Below the pieces are notes generated by a model. That model did not search any database and was not told the origin of the DNA. It was given only the letters and a program-made list of their open reading frames with translations. Source: Actinomycetes bacterium (GTDB lineage: Bacteria; Actinomycetota; Actinomycetes; S36-B12). From it: DNA of 64,000 nucleotides. Below, in pieces: positions 52,598 to 63,186 of this stretch (the first letter of the stretch is position 1; the number at the start of each line of letters is the position of its first letter). The DNA is taken from NCBI GenBank assembly GCA_965278965.1, contig OZ257127.1, positions 39,159-103,158 on the forward strand, read 5' to 3'. A program made the translations under genes and the position numbers.

Positions 52598-53941
52598 ATG
52601 ACGGACCCCGCCCTGCCGACGACCTGGGAGCCCCTGCCCGACGCCGAGGCGGAGGTGGCGACCCTCACCCAGGAGCTGATCCGGATCGACTCCAGCAACT
52701 GGGGCGACGCGCCGGAGACCGTGGGCGAGGCCGAGATCGCCGACTACTGCGCCGAGCGGCTGCGGGAGGTCGGGTACGACCCCGAGGTCTACACGACGAC
52801 CAGCGACTCCCGTCGCGGCGTGCACCTGCGGATCCCCGGCACGGACCCGGATGCGGGAGCACTGCTGCTGCACGGCCACATCGACGTCGTCCCGGCGATG
52901 GCGGAGGACTGGAGCCACCCGCCGTTCGAGGCGCAGGAGGACGACGGCTTCATCTGGGGCCGCGGCGCCGTCGACATGAAGGACATGGACGCGATGATCC
53001 TGGCCGTGGTGCGCTCCTGGGCGCGCAACGGCGTGCGCCCGCGACGCGACGTCGTCGTCCAGTTCCTCCCCGACGAGGAGGCCGGCAGCCTTCACGGCTC
53101 CCGCTGGCTGGAGACCAACCGCCGCGACATGTTCGAGGGCGTGACGGAGGCCGTCGGCGAGGTCGGCGGCTTCTCCGTGACGATCCGGGACGACCTGCGC
53201 CTGTACCCGATCCAGACTGCCGAGAAGGGCATCCGCTGGCTCCGGCTGCGCGCTCGCGGGCAGGCCGGTCACGGATCCGTGATCAACGATGACAACGCGG
53301 TGACCGCCCTCGCCGAAGCCGTCGCGAAGGTCGGGCGGCACGAATGGCCCCTTCGCCGGACGAAGACCGTCGACCGCTTCCTCGACGAGCTCGGCCAGGC
53401 TTACGGCGTCGACCTGACCAGCGGCGACATCCAGTCCGTGGTCGCCCGCCTCGGCACGCTCGGCTACCTCGTCGGAGCGACGATGCAGAACACCGCCAAC
53501 CCGACGATGCTGAACGCCGGCTACAAGCACAACGTCATCCCGGGCGAGGCCGTCGCTGCGATCGACGGCCGCGTCCTGCCCGGCTACGAGGACGAGCTCG
53601 AGGAGACGATCCGGGCCATCGTCGGCGACGGGATCGACCTGGAGATGGTCGTGGCCGACGACGCGATCGAGGCGCCGTTCGACACCGCCACCGTCGACCT
53701 CATGGCCGCGGTCCTGCGCGCGGAGGACCCGCACGCGAAGGCCGTGCCCTACATGATCTCCGGCGGCACCGACGCGAAGGCGTTCAGCCGGCTGGGTATC
53801 TCCTGCTACGGCTTCTCGCCGCTACAGATGCCCGCCGACCTGGACTACTGGCGGCTGTTCCACGGCGTCGACGAGCGCGTGCCGGTCGACGGCCTGAAGT
53901 TCGGCGTCCGCGTGCTCGACCGGTTCCTGCGCGCCGTCTAG
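52598..53941 (+). CDS. M20/M25/M40 family metallopeptidase
   Basis: HGHIDVVP, WGRGAVDMK, DEEAG, GGTDAK, HGVDER. Confidence 0.94.
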   Translation: MTDPALPTTWEPLPDAEAEVATLTQELIRIDSSNWGDAPETVGEAEIADYCAERLREVGYDPEVYTTTSDSRRGVHLRIPGTDPDAGALLLHGHIDVVPAMAEDWSHPPFEAQEDDGFIWGRGAVDMKDMDAMILAVVRSWARNGVRPRRDVVVQFLPDEEAGSLHGSRWLETNRRDMFEGVTEAVGEVGGFSVTIRDDLRLYPIQTAEKGIRWLRLRARGQAGHGSVINDDNAVTALAEAVAKVGRHEWPLRRTKTVDRFLDELGQAYGVDLTSGDIQSVVARLGTLGYLVGATMQNTANPTMLNAGYKHNVIPGEAVAAIDGRVLPGYEDELEETIRAIVGDGIDLEMVVADDAIEAPFDTATVDLMAAVLRAEDPHAKAVPYMISGGTDAKAFSRLGISCYGFSPLQMPADLDYWRLFHGVDERVPVDGLKFGVRVLDRFLRAV

Positions 53942-53996
53942 CAGTTCGCCGATATCGCCTGCCGCACAACGCGATTCGTCCACAGGCGGTTGCGGC

Positions 53997-54018
53997 TGTC
54001 GGGCCTGTTCGGTACACT
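53997..54018 (+). promoter_or_regulatory. RecA-NDp (PafBC-type) promoter
   Basis: TGTCGG-N10-TACACT. Confidence 0.7.
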
Positions 54019-54033
54019 CGAACACATGTTCGA
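54018..54033. promoter_or_regulatory. LexA SOS box overlapping the start codon
   Basis: TCGAACACATGTTCGA matches the actinobacterial TCGAAC-N4-GTTCGA consensus exactly. Confidence 0.88.
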
Positions 54034-55633
54034 TCACCCGTCCGATCCGCCCCCGGATCCCGGAGACGACCTCCCCGTGGAGGCGTCGCGGGTGGAGGCG
54101 TGGGCGCAGGACGACGCGGAGGCCTACGCCGATCCGCATCCGGCTCCGGATCGCTGGGACGAGGCGTTCGGGGACCCCGACTACGTGCCGACCGCGGGCG
54201 CGCTGCTCGCACAAGCATGTGGGCTGGAGCCCGGCTCGGGCCAGCTGTCCAGCCTCGTCGGAGTCGACGTGTCGACGCTGTCCGCGGACGACGCCGTGAC
54301 GGCGCTCCAGGAGATGCAACGCTTCGTGGCGTATGCCGCCGGCATGGAGACCCGCCTGCGCGCCGAGGTCACCGACGTCGTTCTGGCCCACGTCGAAGGC
54401 CAGTTCGCCGCCGAGGCGGAGCGCGAGCGCCTCGCGAACGCCGAGAGGGCCGCGGCGGGGCTCGCGACACTGCCGTCGCGGCCGCAGTACGTGTGCCCCG
54501 AGCAGGTTGCGTACGCGGAGGTCGCTGCCGCGTTGCGGCTGTCCCCGCGTACGGGGGAGTCGCGAATCCTGGCGTCGCAGGAGCTGACGGGTGCCTGGCG
54601 GGCCCTGCTGGACGCGATGCTGGCCGGAGACCTCACCGCGGACTATGCGGGAGCGATCGGCCGCGAGCTTCGCCACATCCCGGGGTACGGAAGCGTCGAG
54701 CCGGCGACCGTCATCGCCTACGGGAAGGCCTGCGCAAAGGTCCTCGCGGTGGTGGTTCCGTTCGCCCGGACGCACACTCCCGGGGAGGCCGCGCGCAAGA
54801 CCCGCGTCCTGGTCACGGCACTCGACCCCGCAGGCGCTCGCAACCGGCGACGGAAGACGGCCGAGCAGCAGCACGGCGTCTACGTGAACCCGCTAGAGCC
54901 CGGAACGTCCGAGTTCCGAGCAGTGCTGCCGACGGCGTACGCCGAGGCCATGCACGTTGCCGTGCGAACCCTCGCGAAGGACCCGCGGTTCGAGGTTGCC
55001 GACGGGTGCGTGACCGCCGGCCAGCGGCAGGCCGCCGCCCTCGTCGCGCTCACCCTCGGCGACCCGGGCTCAGTCGCTCGCGTCGAGGGGCCAGTGCAGG
55101 AGGCGAAGCTCGCGGTCCACGTCAACGTCCTCGTACCGATCGAGTCGCTTGTCGGGGCGGGGGAGCAGGGCGGCCGCGTCGGCAACGTGCCCGTCCCCGC
55201 GGATGAGATCCGCGACCTGATCGCGCACGCCGCGCTGGAGTCCTCGACCATCCGGCGCCTGGTCACCGAAGCCACCGGTTGCATCCTGGATGCCGGTCGC
55301 AAGAGGTACCTCGCCAGTGACCTGCAGAAGCTCGTCATCCGGTTGCGAGACGGCTACTGCCGGTTCCCTGGCTGCAACGACCCCGCCTGGCGCGGGGAGA
55401 TCGACCACGCCAAGCCGTACGACGCCGGCGGCTCGTCCGATCTGGACAACTTCGGTGTGCTTTGCAAGTTCCACCATCAGCTCAAGACGCATGCGAACTG
55501 GGTCATCATCCAGTCAGCCCGTGACGGGTCGTGCACGTGGAGATCACCGCTCGGTCGGATCTACCAGCACACGCCGCCCGACCTCGTTCCGCCACCGCCG
55601 ACCCCCGTCGAACACGACCCGCCACCCTTCTGA
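54026..55633 (+). CDS. DUF222/HNH endonuclease (13E12 repeat-family-like)
   Basis: EVAAALRLS, GQRQAAAL, RDGYCRFPGC, EIDH..PY..GG.S..DN...LCKFHHQLKT, W.SPLGRIY, PPPF end. Confidence 0.9.
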   Translation: MFDHPSDPPPDPGDDLPVEASRVEAWAQDDAEAYADPHPAPDRWDEAFGDPDYVPTAGALLAQACGLEPGSGQLSSLVGVDVSTLSADDAVTALQEMQRFVAYAAGMETRLRAEVTDVVLAHVEGQFAAEAERERLANAERAAAGLATLPSRPQYVCPEQVAYAEVAAALRLSPRTGESRILASQELTGAWRALLDAMLAGDLTADYAGAIGRELRHIPGYGSVEPATVIAYGKACAKVLAVVVPFARTHTPGEAARKTRVLVTALDPAGARNRRRKTAEQQHGVYVNPLEPGTSEFRAVLPTAYAEAMHVAVRTLAKDPRFEVADGCVTAGQRQAAALVALTLGDPGSVARVEGPVQEAKLAVHVNVLVPIESLVGAGEQGGRVGNVPVPADEIRDLIAHAALESSTIRRLVTEATGCILDAGRKRYLASDLQKLVIRLRDGYCRFPGCNDPAWRGEIDHAKPYDAGGSSDLDNFGVLCKFHHQLKTHANWVIIQSARDGSCTWRSPLGRIYQHTPPDLVPPPPTPVEHDPPPF

Positions 55634-55662
55634 CCGGCGGCCTGCCCGTGGGGCATGCACGG

Positions 55663-55860
55663 TCAGGCGGTTCGTGCCATCCGGTAGACGCGTCGGCGCA
55701 GCCGGATCACCCGACGTCCGTCCGGGTACAGGCGCAGCTGGTCCAGCTCCCAGTGGTCGGTCTCTGCCGCCCCGGTCAGCAGCTGCCGGGTCGCCTCGCG
55801 CGACGTGCCCCGGGGGAACCGGAGCTCCCGGTACTCCCAGGTCGCCGACCGCCGCTCCAC
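55663..55860 (-). CDS. DUF5703-like small protein
   Basis: WEYREL.FPR..SR......LT..AE...WELDQLRLYPDGRR..RLRR. Confidence 0.8.
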   Translation of the reverse strand: MERRSATWEYRELRFPRGTSREATRQLLTGAAETDHWELDQLRLYPDGRRVIRLRRRVYRMARTA

Positions 55861-55868
55861 GTCGCCAC

Positions 55869-56849
55869 CTACCGCCGCTGCGCCCAGCCGGACTCGGGGT
55901 AGCCGAGCGCGGGCGCTGACACGTCGTCCAGCGCGATCGTGATCTCCTCCGGCAGCTCCAGCTCGTCCGCCGCGAGCGCCGCCGCGAGCTGCTGCGCGGT
56001 GCGAGCGCCCACGATCGACGACACAACCCCCGGCCGGTCGCGCAACCACGCCAGGGAGACCTCCGTGGGGGAGGCGCCCAGGCCCTCGGCTGCGGTCGCG
56101 ACCGCATCGACGATGCGCCGGCCCCGCTCGTCCAGGTACGCCTGCACCCAACCGGCCGACTCGGCGTTCGCTCCCCGCGAGTCGCTCGGCATCCCGTGCC
56201 GGTACTTGCCCGTCAGGACACCGCGGCCCAGCGGTGACCACGCGAGGACGCCCATCCCGACTGCCTGCGCTGCGGGGACCACCTCGCGCTCCACGCCGCG
56301 CTCCAGAAGCGAGTACTCGACCTGCGTCGTGACCAGGGGCGCTCGGCCCAGGACCTGTTGCGACGTCGCGGCCCGGGCCATCTGCCAGCCGGCGTAGTTG
56401 CTCACGCCGGCGTAGCGGGCCTTGCCCGAGCTGATGGCCACGTCGATCGCCGCGAGCGTCTCGTCGATCGGTGTCCACGGATCCCAGGCATGCACCTGCC
56501 ACAGGTCGACCGTGTCCGTCTGCAGGCGTCGCAGCGACGCCTCGAGCGAACGGAGGAGGAAGCCGCGGGAGGCGTTCATCCGACGTCCCGCCCCGGGTCC
56601 GGAGCCGGACTTGGTCGCCACGACGACCTCGTCGCGGACCTCGAACTCCGCCAGGAGCTCGCCGAGAAGCGTCTCGGCCGCCCCGTCGGCGTACCCGTCG
56701 GCCGTGTCGATGAGGGTCCCGCCCGCGTCGAGGAACGCGGCGAGCAGGTCCCGCGCCTCGTACTCGTCGGTGCCGCGGGTCCACGTCCCGGTGCCCAGCC
56801 CGAGCCGGCCGACCCACAGGCCGCACCGGCCAAGCGGACGCTGTTCCAT
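55869..56849 (-). CDS. Aldo/keto reductase
   Basis: LGLGT, IDTADGY, SLRRLQTDTVDLWQVH, WSPLGRG. Confidence 0.92.
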   Translation of the reverse strand: MEQRPLGRCGLWVGRLGLGTGTWTRGTDEYEARDLLAAFLDAGGTLIDTADGYADGAAETLLGELLAEFEVRDEVVVATKSGSGPGAGRRMNASRGFLLRSLEASLRRLQTDTVDLWQVHAWDPWTPIDETLAAIDVAISSGKARYAGVSNYAGWQMARAATSQQVLGRAPLVTTQVEYSLLERGVEREVVPAAQAVGMGVLAWSPLGRGVLTGKYRHGMPSDSRGANAESAGWVQAYLDERGRRIVDAVATAAEGLGASPTEVSLAWLRDRPGVVSSIVGARTAQQLAAALAADELELPEEITIALDDVSAPALGYPESGWAQRR

Positions 56850-56921
56850 GGCCGGCAACCTACCCGAGCACCCCGCGAATCGAGCCTGCGTCGCCGCAGA
56901 CGCGCGCAGTACGCTCGCGCC

Positions 56922-57971
56922 GTGCGACTAGGACTGAACCTCGGCTACTGGGGCGCCGGCAACGACGCTGACAACCTCGTGCTCGCCCGGGAGGCCGACC
57001 ACCTCGGCTACTCGGTCGTCTGGGCGGCAGAGGCCTACGGGTCCGATGCCGCAACCGTCCTGACGTGGATCGCCGCGCAGACCCAGAACATCGACATCGG
57101 GTCCGCGGTGTTCCAGATCCCCGCCCGCACGCCGGCGATGACCGCGATGACCGCCGCCACGCTCGACACCTTGTCCGGCGGCCGGTTCCGCCTCGGGCTC
57201 GGCGTGTCCGGGCCCCAAGTGTCGGAAGGCTGGCACGGCGTCCGCTTCGACCGGCCACTGGCCCGCACCCGCGAGTACGTCGACATCGTGCGGCTCGCGC
57301 TGTCGCGCAAGAAGGTCGCCTACGACGGCGACTTCTTCACGCTGCCGCTTCCGGACGGCCCGGGCAAGGCGCTGAGCCTGACCGTCCACCCGGTCCGGGA
57401 GCACATCCCGGTCTACCTCGCGGCGATCGGCCCGAAGAACCTCGAGCTCACCGGCGAGATCGCCGACGGCTGGCTCGCGATCTTCTTCTCACCCGAGCAC
57501 GCCGGCGACCTCATGGCGCCGCTGCGCGCCGGCCGCGCCTCCGTGGGCAAGGACCTCGGCGGGTTCGACGTCGTGCCGACGGTTCCCGTCGTCATCGGCG
57601 ACGACCTCGCCGCCTGCGCCGAGCCGCTGCGGTTCTACACCGCGCTGTACGTCGGCGGCATGGGCAGCAAGGACAAGAACTTCTACAACCAGCTCGCGCA
57701 CCGGATGGGCTACGGCGACGCTGCCGACGAGGTCCAGCGGCTGTACCTCGCGCGCGAGCACCAGGCCGCGATGGCAGCGGTGCCGCAGGAGTTCATCGAC
57801 GCGACGAGCCTGATCGGCCCGCCGGACCGGATCCGTGAGCGCCTGCACGCCTACGCCGACGCCGGCGTCACCACGCTGTCCGTCGCGACGTACGCCTCGA
57901 CGTTGGAGGACCGGCTCAGCACGATCCGCACGATGGCGCAGATCCTCGACGCGTCCGGGCTGGCTTCCTAG
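56922..57971 (+). CDS. LLM-class F420-dependent oxidoreductase
   Basis: WAAEAYGSDA, PARTPAMTAM, GLGVSGPQVSEGWHG. Confidence 0.93.
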   Translation: MRLGLNLGYWGAGNDADNLVLAREADHLGYSVVWAAEAYGSDAATVLTWIAAQTQNIDIGSAVFQIPARTPAMTAMTAATLDTLSGGRFRLGLGVSGPQVSEGWHGVRFDRPLARTREYVDIVRLALSRKKVAYDGDFFTLPLPDGPGKALSLTVHPVREHIPVYLAAIGPKNLELTGEIADGWLAIFFSPEHAGDLMAPLRAGRASVGKDLGGFDVVPTVPVVIGDDLAACAEPLRFYTALYVGGMGSKDKNFYNQLAHRMGYGDAADEVQRLYLAREHQAAMAAVPQEFIDATSLIGPPDRIRERLHAYADAGVTTLSVATYASTLEDRLSTIRTMAQILDASGLAS

Positions 57972-58789
57972 TGGGCTGGTTCGAGGCGATCATCCTGGGC
58001 GTCGTCCAGGGCCTGACCGAGTTCCTGCCGATCTCCTCGAGCGCCCACCAGCTCATCGTCTCCCAGCTGTTCGGCTGGGAGGACCCAGGTGCCGCCTTCA
58101 CCGCCGTCACGCAGATCGGCACCGAGGTCGCGGTCATCATCTACTTCCGCACCGAGATCGTGGAGATCCTGCGCGCGTGGTGGCGCTCTCTGCGCGACAA
58201 GGACGCCCGCAGCGACCCGTCCGCGCGGCTCGGCTGGATGGTCATCATCGGCACCATCCCGATCGTCGTGTTCGGCTTCGCGTTCCGCGACCAGATCGAG
58301 ACGGCGGCCCGCAACCTGTACCTCACCGCGGCGATGCTCATCATCTTCGGCATCGTCCTCGGGGTGGCCGACGCGCTCGGCGCTCGGCGCAAGGACGAGC
58401 ACGAGATCACGGTCCGCGACGGCGTCATCTTCGGGTTCGCCCAGGCCCTCGCGCTCATCCCCGGCGTCTCCCGGTCCGGGGCGTCCATCTCCGCCGGCCT
58501 CGCCCTGGGCTACACGCGCACCGCCGCGACGCGCTACGCGTTCCTGCTCGCAGTGCCCGCCGTCCTCGGCTCGGGCCTGTTCGAGGCACGCAAGATCGGC
58601 GACGACGCGTCCGTCGCGTGGGGTCCGACGATCCTGGCCACGGTCGTCGCGTTCGGCGTTGGGCTCGCGGTCATTGCCTGGCTCATGCGCTGGCTGACGA
58701 CCCGGACGTTCCTGCCGTTCGTCGCCTACCGGATCGGCATGGGCCTGCTCGTGCTTCTCCTGCTCGCTGTCGGCGTCCTGAACGCCTGA
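57971..58789 (+). CDS. uppP: Undecaprenyl-diphosphate phosphatase
   Basis: QGLTEFLPISSSAH, PGVSRSG. Confidence 0.95.
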   Translation: MGWFEAIILGVVQGLTEFLPISSSAHQLIVSQLFGWEDPGAAFTAVTQIGTEVAVIIYFRTEIVEILRAWWRSLRDKDARSDPSARLGWMVIIGTIPIVVFGFAFRDQIETAARNLYLTAAMLIIFGIVLGVADALGARRKDEHEITVRDGVIFGFAQALALIPGVSRSGASISAGLALGYTRTAATRYAFLLAVPAVLGSGLFEARKIGDDASVAWGPTILATVVAFGVGLAVIAWLMRWLTTRTFLPFVAYRIGMGLLVLLLLAVGVLNA

Positions 58790-58790
58790 G

Positions 58791-59813
58791 CTAGAGCCAG
58801 CCGGAGCGCTTGAAGCCGCGGTGCAGCGCGTAGCAGGCGATCGCCATCGTGCCGAGAACCGCCGGGTAGCCGAACTGCCAGTGCAGCTCCGGCATGTCGT
58901 CGAAGTTCATGCCGTAGATCGCGGCGATCGCTGTCGGCACGGCCGCGATGGCGACCCACGCCGAGATCTTGCGAACATCGCGGTTCTGCTGGAGGTCCTG
59001 CAGGGAGGTCGCCGCCATGAGCATCGCCATGAGCAGGTTGTCCGTGGCCTCGACCGTGTCCATCGTCCGCAGCAGGTGGTCCCCGATGTCCGCGAAGTAC
59101 GGCGACAGGTCGTCCGCCACCCACGAGATCTTGGCGTCGGTCGCCTGGTGGGCCCAGCCGACCAGTGGACCGACGGCCCGCCGGATCTCGACGTTCTCAC
59201 GCTTGAGCCGGTAGATCGCGTTCGTCGTCCCGGCATCGGGCTCGGACGAGAACACCTCGGCCTCGAGGTCGGCGACGTCGTCTGTCACCGCGTCCGACAC
59301 CCGGACGTACGAGTCGACCGCAGAGTCGAGGATGGCGTACAGCACGCCCCGTGACCCGTGCCGGCGCAGACGCTCGTCGCCAGCGACGCGCTTCTGGATC
59401 GTGCGCAGGTCGCCGATCTGGCCGAACCGCACGGTGATCGCATATTGCGGGCCGACGAACACCGAGAGCTGACCGGTGTGCACGTCGGACGTCGCCTCGA
59501 CGTAGTCGAGGGTCTTCAGGACGGCCAGCCCGTACCCGTCGGCGTCGAGCTCGAACTTGGCCCGCTGCTGGTCGTTGGAGCAGTCCTCGACGTGCAGCCG
59601 CGAGAGCTGGAAGACACGGGCGACCATCTCCAGCTCGGCCTTCGTCGGCTCGAACAGGCCGAGCCAGACGAACTCGTCCGGGTTCTCGTCGCAGCGGTCG
59701 ATGAGCTCGCGCAGCTTCGGCTCGGGATGGCCGTCCCCGGGCTGCTGCCAGCTGCGCACGTCCTCGACCGCGACCACCTTCTCGGGGCTGTACAGGCCCA
59801 GGCCGCGGATCAT
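58791..59813 (-). CDS. corA: Magnesium/cobalt transporter CorA
   Basis: YGMNF signature, MPELHW, two C-terminal TMs. Confidence 0.92.
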   Translation of the reverse strand: MIRGLGLYSPEKVVAVEDVRSWQQPGDGHPEPKLRELIDRCDENPDEFVWLGLFEPTKAELEMVARVFQLSRLHVEDCSNDQQRAKFELDADGYGLAVLKTLDYVEATSDVHTGQLSVFVGPQYAITVRFGQIGDLRTIQKRVAGDERLRRHGSRGVLYAILDSAVDSYVRVSDAVTDDVADLEAEVFSSEPDAGTTNAIYRLKRENVEIRRAVGPLVGWAHQATDAKISWVADDLSPYFADIGDHLLRTMDTVEATDNLLMAMLMAATSLQDLQQNRDVRKISAWVAIAAVPTAIAAIYGMNFDDMPELHWQFGYPAVLGTMAIACYALHRGFKRSGWL

Positions 59814-59874
59814 GGCCCCAGTGTGCTGCACCCGTGCGGACCCAGCCGTAGCGCCACGATCTACGCTGGCCAAC

Positions 59875-60573
59875 GTGTCGACGGTCGTCTTGGTCCGCCA
59901 TGGGCGGACCGCCGCCAACGCCACCGGTGTGCTCGCCGGCTGGACCCCCGGGATCGCGCTGGACGAGACCGGGGTCGCCCAGGCGACGGCGCTGCGCGAA
60001 CGCCTCGCTCCTGTCCCGCTCGTTGCGGTCGTCACGTCGCCGCTGGACCGGACGGTCCAGACGGCGGCCGTCATGCTCGGGGAGCGCGACGTCCCCGTGC
60101 ACCACGACGAGCGCCTCGGGGAGTGCCGTTACGGCGACTGGACCGGGCAGCCGCTGAAGACCTTGGCCAAGGACCCGCTCTGGCGCGTCGTGCAGTCCCA
60201 CCCCAGCGCCGCCGTGTTCCCCGGCGCCGAGGGGGAGCCGATCCCGCAGATGCAGCACCGGGCGGTGACGGCGGTCCGCGAGTGGAACGAGCGCCTGGGC
60301 GCCGACGCGGTGTACGCGGTCGTCAGCCACGGCGACGTCATCAAGGCGATCCTCGCCGACGCGCTCGGCATGCACCTCGACCAGTTCCAGCGCCTCCACG
60401 TCGACCCGTGCTCGGTCAGCGTCGTCAGTTACACGCCGATGCGGCCGTTCGTCCTGCGGACCAACGACACCGGCGGCGACCTGTCGAGCCTCGCCCCGAA
60501 GGCGGCGCGCAAGGGCCGCCGCTCGCGCAAGGCCGAGGCCGACGCGGTCGTCGGCGGAGGTGCGGGCGCATGA
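59875..60573 (+). CDS. Histidine phosphatase / MSMEG_4193-like phosphomutase
   Basis: LVRHGRT, SHGDVIK. Confidence 0.9.
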   Translation: MSTVVLVRHGRTAANATGVLAGWTPGIALDETGVAQATALRERLAPVPLVAVVTSPLDRTVQTAAVMLGERDVPVHHDERLGECRYGDWTGQPLKTLAKDPLWRVVQSHPSAAVFPGAEGEPIPQMQHRAVTAVREWNERLGADAVYAVVSHGDVIKAILADALGMHLDQFQRLHVDPCSVSVVSYTPMRPFVLRTNDTGGDLSSLAPKAARKGRRSRKAEADAVVGGGAGA

Positions 60574-61127
60574 GCCGCACCGTCCTCGCGTACGACCGGC
60601 CGACCCGTTTCGTCGTCGGCACGGTCGGCATGCCCGGCGAGCGTGCCTTCTACCTGCAGGCCCGGGACGGCGCCCTGGTCACCAGCGTCGTCCTCGAGAA
60701 GGCGCAGGCGGCGGCACTCGCCGAGCGGGTCGACGAGCTGCTCGACCAGGTCGCGTCGACGGGCATGACCGTGCCGAGCAGCGCGCCGGCGGACTTCGTC
60801 GACATCGACCCGCTGGACCTGCCACTCGACGAGGAGTTCCGGGTCGGTGCGATGGCGCTCGGCTGGGACGAGGCGACGGCGCGGGTCGTCGTGGAGGCCT
60901 ATGCCGTCGCCGAGGACGAGGCCGAGGTCCCCGAGCTCGGCGATGACGATGCCAACGGACCGGACACCCTGCGCGTCTGGATGACGGCCGGCTACGCGCG
61001 GTCGTTCGCTGCCCGCGCCCGCCAGGTCATCGCCGCCGGCCGGCCCGAATGCCCGTTCTGCAACGGTCCGCTCGACCCGTCGGGCCACATCTGCCCGCGG
61101 GCCAACGGGTACCGCCGGCGGAGCTAG
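60570..61127 (+). CDS. DUF3090 family protein
   Basis: GTVGMPGERAFYLQ, GRPECPFC..PLDPSGHICPRANG. Confidence 0.9.
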   Translation: MSRTVLAYDRPTRFVVGTVGMPGERAFYLQARDGALVTSVVLEKAQAAALAERVDELLDQVASTGMTVPSSAPADFVDIDPLDLPLDEEFRVGAMALGWDEATARVVVEAYAVAEDEAEVPELGDDDANGPDTLRVWMTAGYARSFAARARQVIAAGRPECPFCNGPLDPSGHICPRANGYRRRS

Positions 61128-61128
61128 C

Positions 61129-61908
61129 GTGGCGCTCCTCGCCGACCTCGCACGTGCACCCCTGCAGGTCGAAGGTCGGCTGCACGGCGCGTCGAACGCG
61201 ACGCTGCGGTGTCAGGTCGAGACGGCCGGCGGACTCCTGGACTGCGTCTACAAGCCGGTAGCCGGTGAGCGGCCGCTGTGGGACTTCCCCGACCAGACCA
61301 TCACGCGGCGCGAGCTGGCGGCCTACGAGCTCGCGCAGGCCGCCGGCTGGGACATCGTCCCGCCGACCGCGTGGCGCGAGGACGGCCCCGCCGGAGCCGG
61401 CATGTGCCAGCTATGGGTCGATGACGACCCGTCCGCCTGCCCCGTCGACGTGGTCCGCCCACGCGCCGTGCCGGCGGGCTGGATCGCGGTGCTGGAGGCT
61501 GAGGACGGCGCCGGTCGGCCGGTCGTCCTCGTGCACGCCGACGACCCCCGGCTGCAGCGAATCGCCGTCTTCGACGTGCTGGCGAACAACGCCGACCGCA
61601 AGGGCGGGCACCTGCTTGCCGACGCCGCGGGAGATCTGTGGGCGATCGACCACGGCGTCTCCTTCGCCTGCGACGACAAGCTCCGCACCGTCCTGTGGGG
61701 GTGGGCCGGGCAGGAGGTCCCGGCCCCGCTGCTCGCCGAGGTCGCCGCGCTCGCGGACCGGCTCGGCGCGGCCTACGACCCCGTGGACCGCTGGCTCGCC
61801 GACGACGAGCAGGAGGCGCTGCGTGAGCGGGTGCACGACCTCCTGCGCTCCGGCTGCTTCCCCACCCCCAGCGGCCACTGGCCGGCGGTCCCGTGGCCGA
61901 TCTTCTGA
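61129..61908 (+). CDS. SCO1664 family protein (PI3/4-kinase-like)
   Basis: VYKPVAGERPLWDFP, NNADRKGGH, IDHG. Confidence 0.9.
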   Translation: MALLADLARAPLQVEGRLHGASNATLRCQVETAGGLLDCVYKPVAGERPLWDFPDQTITRRELAAYELAQAAGWDIVPPTAWREDGPAGAGMCQLWVDDDPSACPVDVVRPRAVPAGWIAVLEAEDGAGRPVVLVHADDPRLQRIAVFDVLANNADRKGGHLLADAAGDLWAIDHGVSFACDDKLRTVLWGWAGQEVPAPLLAEVAALADRLGAAYDPVDRWLADDEQEALRERVHDLLRSGCFPTPSGHWPAVPWPIF

Positions 61909-61931
61909 CAGTGCCGCTCTAGGCTGCGGAC

Positions 61932-63158
61932 GTGAAGTCGTGGCCCGCCGTACCTGTCCCCGTCCTGCCCGGAAGCGGTGGGCCGCTCCGGCTGTTCGAC
62001 ACGGGGCGACAGGCGGTCGTCGCGACCGAGCCCGGGCCGATCGCCCGGATGTACGTCTGCGGGATCACCCCGTACGACGCGACCCACATGGGTCATGCGT
62101 TCACGTACGTGACGTTCGACCTCGTGAACCGAGCGTGGCGCGATGCCGGCCACGAGGTCCACTACGTCCAGAACGTGACCGACATCGATGACCCGCTGCT
62201 CGAGCGGGCCGTGCAGACCGGCCAGGACTGGCAGGAGATCGCCGAGCGCGAGACCGCGCTGTTCCGCGAGGACATGGCCGAGCTCCACGTCCTGCCGCCG
62301 CGCGAGTACGTGGGCGCGGTCGAGTCGATCCCGTCGGTCGCCTCGCATGTGCAGACGCTGCAGGAGCGGGGCGCGATCTACGCGGTCGAGGACGACCTGT
62401 ACTTCCGGGTCCGCAGCGACGACGCGTTCGGCTCCGTCGCGGGCCTGTCCGAGGAGCAGATGCGGACCGTGTTCGCCGAGCGCGGGGGCGACCCCGACCG
62501 CCCGGGCAAGCACGATCCCCTCGACTGCCTGGTCTGGCAGGCGGCGCGGCCGGACGAGCCCTCGTGGGACACCCCGCTCGGTCACGGACGGCCCGGCTGG
62601 CACATCGAGTGCGCGGCGATCGCCCTGGACCACCTCGGCATGGGGATCGACGTGCAGGGCGGCGGGACCGACCTGGCCTTCCCGCACCACGAGATGAGCG
62701 CGGCCGAGGCGCAGGTCCTGCGCGAGGAGCACCCGTTCGCCCGCCACTACGTGCACTCGGCGATGGTCTCGTGGCAGGGCCACAAGATGAGCAAGTCCCG
62801 CGGCAACCTCGTGTTCGTGTCGGCGCTACGGCACGAGGGCGTGGACCCCATGCAGATCAGGCTCGCGCTGCTGGCGCACCACTACCGCGCCGAGTGGGCG
62901 TGGACCGACCAGGGCCTCGCCGGCGCGGGGGAGCGGCTCGCGCTGTGGCGCGCGGCGGTCGCCTCGCCGACCGGGCCGGACGGCGCCGCGGTGCTGGCGA
63001 GGGTCCGGGCGGCGCTCGCCGACGACCTGCGCACGCCCGAGGCGCTCGACGCGATCGACGACTGGGCTCGGCGCGCGACGGCCGGTGAGGGCGAGGACGC
63101 AGGCGCGCCGGCGCTGGTCCGCGACCTCGTCGACGCGCTCCTCGGCGTCCAGCTCTAG
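61932..63158 (+). CDS. mshC: Cysteine:GlcN-Ins ligase (mycothiol biosynthesis)
   Basis: [29 protein letters not shown]. Confidence 0.95.
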   Translation: MKSWPAVPVPVLPGSGGPLRLFDTGRQAVVATEPGPIARMYVCGITPYDATHMGHAFTYVTFDLVNRAWRDAGHEVHYVQNVTDIDDPLLERAVQTGQDWQEIAERETALFREDMAELHVLPPREYVGAVESIPSVASHVQTLQERGAIYAVEDDLYFRVRSDDAFGSVAGLSEEQMRTVFAERGGDPDRPGKHDPLDCLVWQAARPDEPSWDTPLGHGRPGWHIECAAIALDHLGMGIDVQGGGTDLAFPHHEMSAAEAQVLREEHPFARHYVHSAMVSWQGHKMSKSRGNLVFVSALRHEGVDPMQIRLALLAHHYRAEWAWTDQGLAGAGERLALWRAAVASPTGPDGAAVLARVRAALADDLRTPEALDAIDDWARRATAGEGEDAGAPALVRDLVDALLGVQL

Positions 63159-63186
63159 GCCGACCGCCGCCCGAACCCCCGGCCGG

